This document shows positions 44,179 to 52,805 of a stretch of DNA of 64,000 nucleotides, piece by piece. Positions within the stretch are counted from its first letter, which is position 1. Each line of letters starts with the position of its first letter. Both the position numbers and the translations under genes were made by a program. The stretch is from positions 896,001 to 960,000 of the forward strand of contig CM000436.1 of the NCBI GenBank assembly GCA_000165345.1. Direction: 5' to 3'. The notes under the pieces were generated by a model. The model had not been told where the DNA came from. It was given only the letters and a program-made list of their open reading frames with translations, and did no database searches.

Positions 44179-45384
44179 ATGAATCGATTAACTGAAAACG
44201 ATCAGGAACTTAAAACTATTCTTGATGGAGTTATGATTAATGACTGTATTAAACCATTTAGGAAGGTTTCAGAAAAATTAGAAGAGTTTGATCAATTTGC
44301 AACAGAATATGGAAATTCTTTAGATTCTAAAATTAATCAGATGCTAATTTCACTACGGAAAGATGAAATTAATTGCTTAAAATTAGAAATGAGGCTAGAA
44401 AAAATTCTTGAGTTAGTTACTGAGCAAATGCGTAAAGGCAACCATGAAGGTAAGGAAGACAAAGCACCAACTAAAAATATGGTAAAAACAGAAGAAATAA
44501 ACAAAAAAATCAAGAAAAGTGATGAAAAACAAAAAGAAAGTGGTGAAGAAAGAACTCTTAGCAGTTCAATGAATAGTATGGAATCTGTTCCTGTCGATCC
44601 TTTGATAAAAAGAACTCTTGAATTCGAAAACACTCAGAGGAAGATATATGAAAATCCTAACAATACCAAAGGATGTAGTATGCATGTTGAAGAAGAAACC
44701 TGTGATGAAATCAGTGTGAAAATAAGTACTGATGGTTCTGCAAGAAGCTTACTTTCGAAGTATATTAATGGCGAAAATAAGCATGGGAATGAAGTCAGAG
44801 AAAAAGATCCAAATGCAATTAGAAGAGAAAAGGTTGATAATATAAAAAGAACAGTCAAGCCTATAGCTCGTGATAACGGTAATAAAGGCAAGTGTTGTGC
44901 TTTTTGGAAGAAATGGTGCTGTTGTTGTCTATCAGATAAGGGCCCAACAAAATCGGGCAACTATTATAAGATGTCTATACAAGAATGGAAAGATTTTCTG
45001 GCATCAATTGAACCTAAAGATAAGAGATATAAGGACTACTGTAACATGTTAGAGAAAAGAAACGATTCTTATAATGTTGATATTGAAGGGTTACCCCCTT
45101 TGATTGTTGAATATTCATCTTTAAATGCAAAGGCTGGGGGAAATTATTATGGAAATCAAATGTACAACATGGGCCAAAATTATCAATATTATTATCCTGT
45201 AAATAATCAAGGTTATTATAATTATGGGCAATATTATTATGACGCTAGAAGTCAGGTCTCTAATATGTCTTATGTTAACAACAACCCAAATTATTTGAAT
45301 TTTAATAAGAAAGGTAAAAACATGCAAGAAGATGTTAAATGTAGACAAATGGTACATACAAAGATGGGAATAAGAAATGGTTAA
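44179..45384 (+). CDS. Hypothetical protein with an N-terminal coiled-coil, a Cys cluster and a Y/N/Q-rich prion-like C-terminus (401 aa).
   Basis: ATG start. A heptad region runs about residues 40-90. A block of seven cysteines reads KGKCCAFWKKWCCCCLSDKG. The C-terminus is GGNYYGNQMYNMGQNYQYYYPVNNQGYYNYGQYYYD. Confidence 0.55.
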   Translation: MNRLTENDQELKTILDGVMINDCIKPFRKVSEKLEEFDQFATEYGNSLDSKINQMLISLRKDEINCLKLEMRLEKILELVTEQMRKGNHEGKEDKAPTKNMVKTEEINKKIKKSDEKQKESGEERTLSSSMNSMESVPVDPLIKRTLEFENTQRKIYENPNNTKGCSMHVEEETCDEISVKISTDGSARSLLSKYINGENKHGNEVREKDPNAIRREKVDNIKRTVKPIARDNGNKGKCCAFWKKWCCCCLSDKGPTKSGNYYKMSIQEWKDFLASIEPKDKRYKDYCNMLEKRNDSYNVDIEGLPPLIVEYSSLNAKAGGNYYGNQMYNMGQNYQYYYPVNNQGYYNYGQYYYDARSQVSNMSYVNNNPNYLNFNKKGKNMQEDVKCRQMVHTKMGIRNG

Positions 45385-45504
45385 TTTGTAAATATAAATA
45401 TTTCATAATTTTATATATTAAGGATTATATAGATTATAAATTTCATTATTTCTTCATTTGAACTTGTACGAAAACTAAGTAATATTTAAATAGAATTGAT
45501 GATA

Positions 45505-46932
45505 TTAAATAGGCTGCAGCCCAAGAGCAACATTTACACTTTTACGAATTGGATTATTGGGCTCAAGATCAGCAATAGAAATCACAGTTGAGCAATGAGG
45601 GCAATATCCCTTGATTGTGTTTGGCGAAATCCCTGATGCAGCATCCATATGATTTCTAATAAAGTTAATAATGCATTCCTGACAGTATGTTTCACCACAG
45701 CATGGAGTCAAAACTGCGTATCTGAAGAGCCTCGCACATATAGGACAAGTTAATGAATCTCGGACAAGACTTGTGTCTTCCTTTGATTTACCCATATGTT
45801 TTCCAATAGTGTCTTCAACCGTTCTAGTCAGGAAAGCCGTACTTGAAAGTTGTTTTGCATCCTTTAGCACAGCAAACGTACCATCGGGGAGGCAATAAAC
45901 TTCTGAGTAGAGTCTACCTTCTTCGTCAAAATTAATAGCTCTTAGAAAACTTCTAGGGATTCCTGTAGCAGGTCTAATTTTTTTTTGAGATACTCCTTCG
46001 TTAACTTTGGGACAGACACGAATATGGTGCCCCCTTTCACCGCACATATGACAAATATAATCTGCAGGAACGTCTGTTGATGTATTGGCCATTGCATTCT
46101 TGTAATTATAATTAGCCGACACAGACGAAGGTCCAAAGTTTGCATTGTAACTTTGCCCACCAAAATAGTTATTTGATGATCCAGTATTAAGAGGGCCTGT
46201 TCCAATAGCCCCCAGTTTTTTGTATGGTTCACTTCTAAATTGGCTGGACGCAGAAAAATTTGTACCTGTTGTATTTCCAGCTCCATATCTGCTTCCTGTT
46301 GCAGTTACAGACTTTGGATATCCTCTTTGGTTAAACTGTTCTAACATTTCGCTTCTTTGAGCTGCTGTCTGTTTGAATTTCTCACCATGCTGTTGCATTA
46401 CTAACAAAATAGCTGCATCTTCCGACGAACTATTTTTTGAATTATTCGATGGATTTGTACTATTCAAAACTGAGTTATGATCATCATCCTTACTTTCTCC
46501 TACTTTTGTAAAATTACCGCTATTAGGGGCTAAATCAGTGGTGGATGGAGGAGATAATATGGTTTGTTCTCGCATGGATATGTTTGATGGAGCAGTGCTT
46601 GAAGAAGCGGAATTTGTTGCTTGAGATACAGTTGAAGGCTTGCTCTTTATTTTTGAATTTGCTGCTTCTAAAAGAGGTTTTGCTAAGTCCTTAGGGAGCC
46701 TGACCACATTTAAATATATTCCCTCTTTTAGAATTTCATAATCTGAAAGGTATACATTCGAAACACGGCCATTCTTATCGCTTTGTGTAGCTAAGATATC
46801 CATATCCTCTCCAATATCTAAAATTTCCCTGAGCTTTGACCTAACATGTGAAACTAAGGCAGGAAATTCATGTGTAAGATCCTTAAATTTCTTTTCACTT
46901 TTAAACTTATAATAAATTTTGTTGTTGGCCAT
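45505..46932 (-). CDS. MPE1: Mpe1/RBBP6-like pre-mRNA 3'-end processing E3 ligase, with DWNN domain, CCHC zinc knuckle and RING/U-box-like finger (475 aa).
   Basis: The N-terminal IYYKFKSEKKFKDLTHEFPALVSHVRSKLREIL fits the ubiquitin-like DWNN domain. The CCHC knuckle is CHMCGERGHHIRVCP. The C-terminal finger is CPICARLFRYAVLTPCCGETYCQECI...CPHC. The sequence line around 46921 prints only 59 bases, so my coordinates there may be off by 1; the track coordinates are used. Confidence 0.8.
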   Translation of the reverse strand: MANNKIYYKFKSEKKFKDLTHEFPALVSHVRSKLREILDIGEDMDILATQSDKNGRVSNVYLSDYEILKEGIYLNVVRLPKDLAKPLLEAANSKIKSKPSTVSQATNSASSSTAPSNISMREQTILSPPSTTDLAPNSGNFTKVGESKDDDHNSVLNSTNPSNNSKNSSSEDAAILLVMQQHGEKFKQTAAQRSEMLEQFNQRGYPKSVTATGSRYGAGNTTGTNFSASSQFRSEPYKKLGAIGTGPLNTGSSNNYFGGQSYNANFGPSSVSANYNYKNAMANTSTDVPADYICHMCGERGHHIRVCPKVNEGVSQKKIRPATGIPRSFLRAINFDEEGRLYSEVYCLPDGTFAVLKDAKQLSSTAFLTRTVEDTIGKHMGKSKEDTSLVRDSLTCPICARLFRYAVLTPCCGETYCQECIINFIRNHMDAASGISPNTIKGYCPHCSTVISIADLEPNNPIRKSVNVALGLQPI

Positions 46933-47093
46933 TTTTGAGTCTCCAATAGCTCAAGGTTTTCTCACAAAAATTTAAGGCGATGCTTTGTTGTCTCGTATCT
47001 TTATTGTTTCTTCTATTTACTTACATTAAAGCATCTTAAATGGAGACTTTTTGAATTCTAACACATACCACAGGTATCTTTCTCCCCAAACCA

Positions 47094-47109
47094 GCGCCAT
47101 TAATGGCGC
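47094..47109. promoter_or_regulatory. Perfect 16-bp palindrome GCGCCATTAATGGCGC, made of two inverted E2F-like GGCGCC half-sites, about 165 bp upstream of the Mpe1/RBBP6 start.
   Basis: Read directly: the reverse complement equals the forward sequence. It is an isolated GC island in >80% AT intergenic DNA. Confidence 0.5.
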
Positions 47110-47294
47110 CCAGTTATCATTCATAGCTTTCAAGCATGCAAATGCTACATAAAAGAAAAGAATATTTTAGATGAAGTTGAAATAATATTAATAATACTAT
47201 TAAATTAATAAGTTAAGTATCTGATTATAACAACGTACAATTGAACTCCCCGATTATGAAACAGTTAACTTTATATGCTAAGGAAAAATTTGAG

Positions 47295-48107
47295 TTAAAG
47301 CCCAAGCAAATATCCCCCATATTTTGTTAGGAATACTTTATTATTCTCGTTATTCATACCCTTGTTGCCAAGCTTAATAGGTTCAGGACATCTAGATGCA
47401 GTTTTATATTGTTTAATTGTTGGCATAGAGGGGGTCTTTTGAATTTGATTCTCATTTACTTTTGAAAGGAGTGGGTTGCTCTGAACTTGCAGTCTATTCA
47501 CAGTAGGAATTTCTAAATAATTTTTTTTAGAGATCTGGCATTCTTTTATGCTTTTTTTTTCTGCTTCATTTGTTTTTAGTCTAGTGATCGAAGTATTTGG
47601 TTCATATGGAATTTTAATTTTATTCGAGTTTTGCACGTTAAAATCCTTATTAATTGGAGGATTTGAACTATGAGAAACGAACTTTGATCTTGGAATAATA
47701 ACACTTCTTTCCATTTCACTAGCCTTGTAATAGTTAATTGGCTCATTGAAATGGCAGCCAGTTTTAATTGGATTATCATTTTTAGAAATTTCAAGATGCT
47801 CAAAAATATGCTGCTTTATTTGATTTTTTGACTTTTGAACGTAGCTTTTAAGCGATACCGGCGAGCCAAATAGTTTATTATTTCTTGAAAGTTCAAGATA
47901 TTCATTTCCATGGCCTATTGATGTAAACAAACTTCTCTCAAAAATGTCATTATTAATTAAATTGTGTTTTGTATTGAAAAAAGAATAGTAGTCATTAACA
48001 TCTTGGTATACTTCATTAGATTTATGTTCCTCATCTTTCAAAAAATAATTATTAAGACAGCAGATTTTATCTGAAATGTTATTAATTGTATTCACTATAC
48101 TTTCCAT
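47295..48107 (-). CDS. Hypothetical protein (270 aa).
   Basis: ATG at 48107. The sequence is hydrophilic and N/K-rich with no recognisable domain. An E2F-like TTTGGCGG box lies about 165 bp upstream. Confidence 0.5.
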   Translation of the reverse strand: MESIVNTINNISDKICCLNNYFLKDEEHKSNEVYQDVNDYYSFFNTKHNLINNDIFERSLFTSIGHGNEYLELSRNNKLFGSPVSLKSYVQKSKNQIKQHIFEHLEISKNDNPIKTGCHFNEPINYYKASEMERSVIIPRSKFVSHSSNPPINKDFNVQNSNKIKIPYEPNTSITRLKTNEAEKKSIKECQISKKNYLEIPTVNRLQVQSNPLLSKVNENQIQKTPSMPTIKQYKTASRCPEPIKLGNKGMNNENNKVFLTKYGGYLLGL

Positions 48108-48587
48108 TTTGTTTGGTTAAAAAAGAATATGAAAATATATTAGAAAAATAACAACATGAAAATTATGTTAAGAACTATTAAATATTTAGGTGTTCCACCG
48201 GTTTCTTAATAAAATTAAGTTTTTTTTTATGCAGTTTTTCTGGAGACATTGCAAAAAATCATGTGCAGTTTGGCGGTTGCAGGGTTATCGGCCCAATTTG
48301 CATGCACTGTGATCAAACAAAAAAAAAAAAAAATCAACGCATTGTAAGAAAAAAAAGTAAATTAACTAATTACGGGTACTATAGTATTTTAGAGTGACAT
48401 TGTTGGCAATGCAGCCATAATTCTATCCACACAGTTGCAGAAAGAAATTTAAAATTAAACTTTAATTAACTGACGCAATTCTTGCATATTTATAATAGTA
48501 GCGTAATAGATGAAATTTATAAGTTTTCCTCAAAAAGGGTTTAGAAGAGTCAAAGAAGAACGGAATCATATCGTTCTGATGCTAAGC

Positions 48588-49961
48588 TCAATGATCTGAG
48601 AAAAAATGAGTATATATGATTGCAGAGAAGCAGAGTGGGTAAACCAATATAGAGAAAATGAGCAGGATCACAGCCATGATCTTTGAAGTGTTCCAAGGGG
48701 AATCTGAAAATAACTTGAGATGTAGAACAGCCGGAAGGAAGTAACATACAGTATTTGAGCAAAATAGTCCAACAAATTCGTATGTGAGGCCAAGGTCAGA
48801 AACGAAATATGTAACAGTTGTACAGATAAAAAGGAAAATAAAGGTGAGAGTTCTAAGTAAGTGACGATCTTTTGTTGATGATCCTTCTGCATCTTCTCCA
48901 CTTTTAATAATAACGGCAAGGGACTTTCTGAATGAATGACAAGATACCGGGAATGAAAATACAAGCGATGATACTAATACAATTTTAGCAATAACAACAG
49001 TTAGTGATTGAGTACCAAACATACTGAGGATATCAGAGGACTTGAGAGTGTTTCCAAACAGCATATATCCTGAAGAACCCATAAGGATGTAAATTAAAGT
49101 ACAAAATCCAAGTGAAACAACTGAAGAGAAAACCAATTTGTATAACGTCTTGTCTGCAAGCTCATTTGCAACGTTGAGGAAGTTGTGGTGGCATGTGAAA
49201 GAAAACACAAATATTGGGAATGTCTGGAGCATAAAAATTGGTCTCCTAGTTGAGATAAGTTCAACCTTCTCAAGCATTGTTGTAAGTTCTGGAAGGCCAA
49301 CAAGGAAGCTGAATATTACAACTGCTGCAACATAGAGGGATGAAAATACAGCAATCCAATTAATGATAGTAAGCTCGGCAAGAGATGTAGGATAACTGGC
49401 TGGACCGATAATAAAAATCACAACAAATAACAAAATTGCAGTTCTCGTATTAGATTCTGATAGATATGGAGCAAGAAAACCCCCGAACAAGGTTTGTATT
49501 ACAGCTACAACGACCATAAGATAAGTAATACAGGACCCAAGTGACATAATTAGTATGGATGTATCGATCAGTGACTTTAGCTTTGGGAAAGTTTTTTCAG
49601 CAATCGAATAGTATGTTACAGGCATCATTGTACCTGTTGGATCTTCATTAAGTGATATTTCGGAAAGAAGAATGCATGCAAGCGTTGAAAACATGCCTGA
49701 TATTATTGTCATAAAGATTCCTTGTAAAAGTCCATTTTTACTGTATGCCCAAGGTAATCCAAGAATTCCGACTCCCATTGTTGTGTTTACCAAAGCAAAA
49801 AATGAAGAAGTCATCGACCCCTTTTTATACCTTTTTTCAATAAAATTTTCCATCCCAATTAAGACCTGCTCTGATAATCGGGATATAAAGCTCTCCTTTG
49901 AGCTTTTCCTAATTGTAGATCTGGAAGGAAGTAAGCTTTTTTCTTCATTTAGAGTTCTCAT
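48588..49961 (-). CDS. Amino acid transporter of the Aa_trans/SLC32-36-38 (AAAP) family (457 aa).
   Basis: ATG start. About 10-11 TM helices. The N-terminal signature SSFFALVNTTMGVGILGLPWAYSKNG matches the family motif (..FNL.N...G.GIL.LP.A....G). Confidence 0.8.
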   Translation of the reverse strand: MRTLNEEKSLLPSRSTIRKSSKESFISRLSEQVLIGMENFIEKRYKKGSMTSSFFALVNTTMGVGILGLPWAYSKNGLLQGIFMTIISGMFSTLACILLSEISLNEDPTGTMMPVTYYSIAEKTFPKLKSLIDTSILIMSLGSCITYLMVVVAVIQTLFGGFLAPYLSESNTRTAILLFVVIFIIGPASYPTSLAELTIINWIAVFSSLYVAAVVIFSFLVGLPELTTMLEKVELISTRRPIFMLQTFPIFVFSFTCHHNFLNVANELADKTLYKLVFSSVVSLGFCTLIYILMGSSGYMLFGNTLKSSDILSMFGTQSLTVVIAKIVLVSSLVFSFPVSCHSFRKSLAVIIKSGEDAEGSSTKDRHLLRTLTFIFLFICTTVTYFVSDLGLTYEFVGLFCSNTVCYFLPAVLHLKLFSDSPWNTSKIMAVILLIFSILVYPLCFSAIIYTHFFSDH

Positions 49962-50328
49962 AAGATTAAGTTAACTTTTCCATATAAAGATTTATTCCTA
50001 TTAATTTAGTACAAATTATCAACGAGAGTTTATTTCGTTAGTTATTATTTTTTCTTTTACTTTATTATTTTTTTTAGAGACGTTGTTAACTATTAGCTCA
50101 TCTATCTTAGACCCCGCTCACAATCTGTCTATTAAGTACCGACAAATTACTTGCCGCTTCATCATTTCCAGATCCAGAGTCAATCAGGGAATAAATTAAA
50201 AATAAGTAAGTTGATACAGGAGGAGTTACAAATGCAGTGAGATATAAAATTTCATTAAACGATTGAACTTAGAAAAGTACGGATTTACAAACCACATGTA
50301 AAAATGATAATCTATTTCTACCTAAATA

Positions 50329-51636
50329 TTATATTTCCAAGACTCCTCTGGACCTAAAGGCAATTCTAAGTTGTTCACGGACATGTTCTACAGCTTCTGA
50401 TTTTCTTGGTCTTATACGGCCTCTTTCAGAGTTATTCGCACGCCTACCGTATCCTCCGTTGCTTTTAGGCTGCTGGGTTAGGTTTCTGAGTTCAGGATTT
50501 GATAACGCTATGGCATTATTACTGCTATCAGTAGCCTTTTCAGAGATAGGGTTTGGATGCAGCCCCAAACTCTTTCTATTCCTATGAAAATTTCTCTTGG
50601 TGTGTTTAAGGTTTATTTTAGAAGGCTCAGGAAAATCATTAAGCGCCGAGGTAACCTGCGTATTTTGCGTAGGATTATGCTTGTTGGACGACGAACCAAC
50701 ATTATTGTTCCTTTGATAAAACCTCTTCTTTCTTCTAACCTTGATATTATAATTTCTATCATTATTATTAAACGGGTTATCGCTATGAGCAGCTACTACT
50801 GCATCCAAGCCAGAACAATGAGTCGTTAATCTATCTACTTGATTTGTTCCGGAGTTCACCACTCCCATAGTTGTGTCTACACTACTGTTGTTATCATCAC
50901 TAAGTATCATCTTCAAATTCGAGTCCTTTTCCACAATTGTTTTAAGGAGGTGAGTATTAATAGACTGGCTTGAAATCGAATTTGATGCATTATCACTATT
51001 GCAGGTGGTGCTTAGAATGTTCCTTTGAGAGAACTTCTTTCTCCTTTTATACTTCTTCTTCTTTCTCTTAGACTCGTCAAAGTTTATATGAGCAATAGTT
51101 GTGTTAATAACCTGGTCGAGCAAGCCATCAAACTTAGTCGTAATCGTCTCTTGAGTTGAAGAAGTCTGAGAAGAAGAGTTTTTGAGAGCAACACTAGGCT
51201 TCTGCTGCTGTTCTGCTTGAAATCCCAAGTTCAAGTGGTTTTCTTCGTAGATATAACCTTCAGAGCACGATCCATGATCAGACCCTGGGGGAGAATTAGC
51301 TTTGGAGTTTTGCTTATTATGCTCATCGTCTTCTGCTCCAATAACGGTGATAGGTAATTGCAGAGGGTTATTAGAATGTGAGAGAGACTTTTCAGAAGCC
51401 AGATTAATACCCTTACTTTGTGTATCTACTACCAAACTGCCCCCAGATTTGTTCAGATTAAGTGCTCTTCTTTTAGTAGCAATTAGAATTGCAGTCTCTC
51501 TGGAAACACCAAGGTATTCAGCTTCAGCTATCCAACGAAGCAGCTCCTCATCAAAAACAGGGCCAGTTATAGGGACTGAGCCAAAGGCAAGATTCGGGGA
51601 GACGTCCTCCTGACGGTTCAAGAGACCAACCATCAT
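50329..51636 (-). CDS. Hypothetical low-complexity protein (435 aa).
   Basis: ATGATG start. It is S/N/Q-rich with a basic block KRKKKKYKRRKK. Its coding GC content is noticeably higher than the neighbours. No domain recognised. Confidence 0.5.
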   Translation of the reverse strand: MMVGLLNRQEDVSPNLAFGSVPITGPVFDEELLRWIAEAEYLGVSRETAILIATKRRALNLNKSGGSLVVDTQSKGINLASEKSLSHSNNPLQLPITVIGAEDDEHNKQNSKANSPPGSDHGSCSEGYIYEENHLNLGFQAEQQQKPSVALKNSSSQTSSTQETITTKFDGLLDQVINTTIAHINFDESKRKKKKYKRRKKFSQRNILSTTCNSDNASNSISSQSINTHLLKTIVEKDSNLKMILSDDNNSSVDTTMGVVNSGTNQVDRLTTHCSGLDAVVAAHSDNPFNNNDRNYNIKVRRKKRFYQRNNNVGSSSNKHNPTQNTQVTSALNDFPEPSKINLKHTKRNFHRNRKSLGLHPNPISEKATDSSNNAIALSNPELRNLTQQPKSNGGYGRRANNSERGRIRPRKSEAVEHVREQLRIAFRSRGVLEI

Positions 51637-52169
51637 ATTAAGCAGTCGTTTTGGAGCAGCACCAATGTTTATCTCAATCGAGAGTGAAGTCCAGAGGCAG
51701 CAAGCAACTGGAGGCCATTAAGTATATGAATCTATATCTAATAGATTATTTGATCAAAATGTAAGTTATTAAATGTGGATAAAACAGAAGGGAAGAGAGA
51801 AAGGAAGTGCTATATAAGAACTTTGGTTGAATCTTTAGCCAAATAAGCGTGCTTGTTAACAGCGATTATCACAAATTTGACAGTATTTACGTAGTTGGAA
51901 ACCTGATTTCTGAAATTCTAAATTGAGGGATTTTTTTTTTCTTACTAGAGTTCAGATCTTTTAAAGTAAATAAAATTCTGATACTTCAGATAGAATATGT
52001 GATTATTAATAAATACACTACAACTTGGTCAAATTACATGTATATTAGCCGTTCCTCGCTTCAAACGACTCAATTTAAACAAGACACACTCTCGTCAACT
52101 CCCCGTGCAGACCTCTTGAAATAATAATAAAAATAATAAAGGAATGAAGAAGTTAAATATAACTGATAT

Positions 52170-52496
52170 CTATGTTAATATGTTGCATAGATATATAGTT
52201 TGTTCAGTCGCTTCTTCTAAACTATTGGGGCCGATGCTGAAATTTGAAATGAGAAAGAGCTTCTTGTTAGTTGTCTCCCAGGATAAATCCAAGCCTGAAA
52301 AGGTGACAAACTGCTCAAATGGACCTCCTTTGATTGATTGTATTACCAATTCAAAAAGTATTAAACATTCAAAGATATTAATAGGAAACCGCTCTTCTAA
52401 CGGCTTAATATCAAAGGTATGTCCACTCTCCTTGTAACTTCCACTCAGAGAGGAAGTAAGCAAAGTAGCTCTATGTCTGTACTTAAACGTCTCCAA
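52170..52496 (-). CDS. Possible small protein gene (108 aa); the strand assignment is tentative.
   Basis: Overlapping ORFs occupy both strands. The minus-strand ORF (METFKYRHRATLL...IKGGPFEQFVTFSGLD...) is favoured because two E2F-like GGCGCC boxes lie 120-145 bp upstream of its ATG and the region is GC-enriched like coding DNA. No homology recognised. Confidence 0.3.
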   Translation of the reverse strand: METFKYRHRATLLTSSLSGSYKESGHTFDIKPLEERFPINIFECLILFELVIQSIKGGPFEQFVTFSGLDLSWETTNKKLFLISNFSIGPNSLEEATEQTIYLCNILT

Positions 52497-52617
52497 ACGC
52501 TAACCGATCAATTCAGCTGTCAGAAATTAGAGCGACTTCGCTAACAAGCTCTTTTGTGCCTGTCAAGTGCTTTCTATTAAATCCAGAAGCCTCTAATTCA
52601 AGGATACATATACGTAC

Positions 52618-52640
52618 AAATGGCGCCTGTATTATGGCGC
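52618..52640. promoter_or_regulatory. Two E2F-like boxes (AAATGGCGCC and TATGGCGC) upstream of the small ORF at 52496.
   Basis: The motif is the same as at 47094 and 61189. Confidence 0.4.
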
Positions 52641-52805
52641 TTCTGGCAAATAACTCATAGAAAAATACAAAATATACAATGCAGCTTAATATTGCATTAA
52701 AAGCGCAATCACTTAAATCTATATAGCTATTATTATAAAGATGAATATACCAAATATAAAAATCTAGGGCAAGTATACATTAAGCTAATGAGCCATAGCT
52801 TTGTA

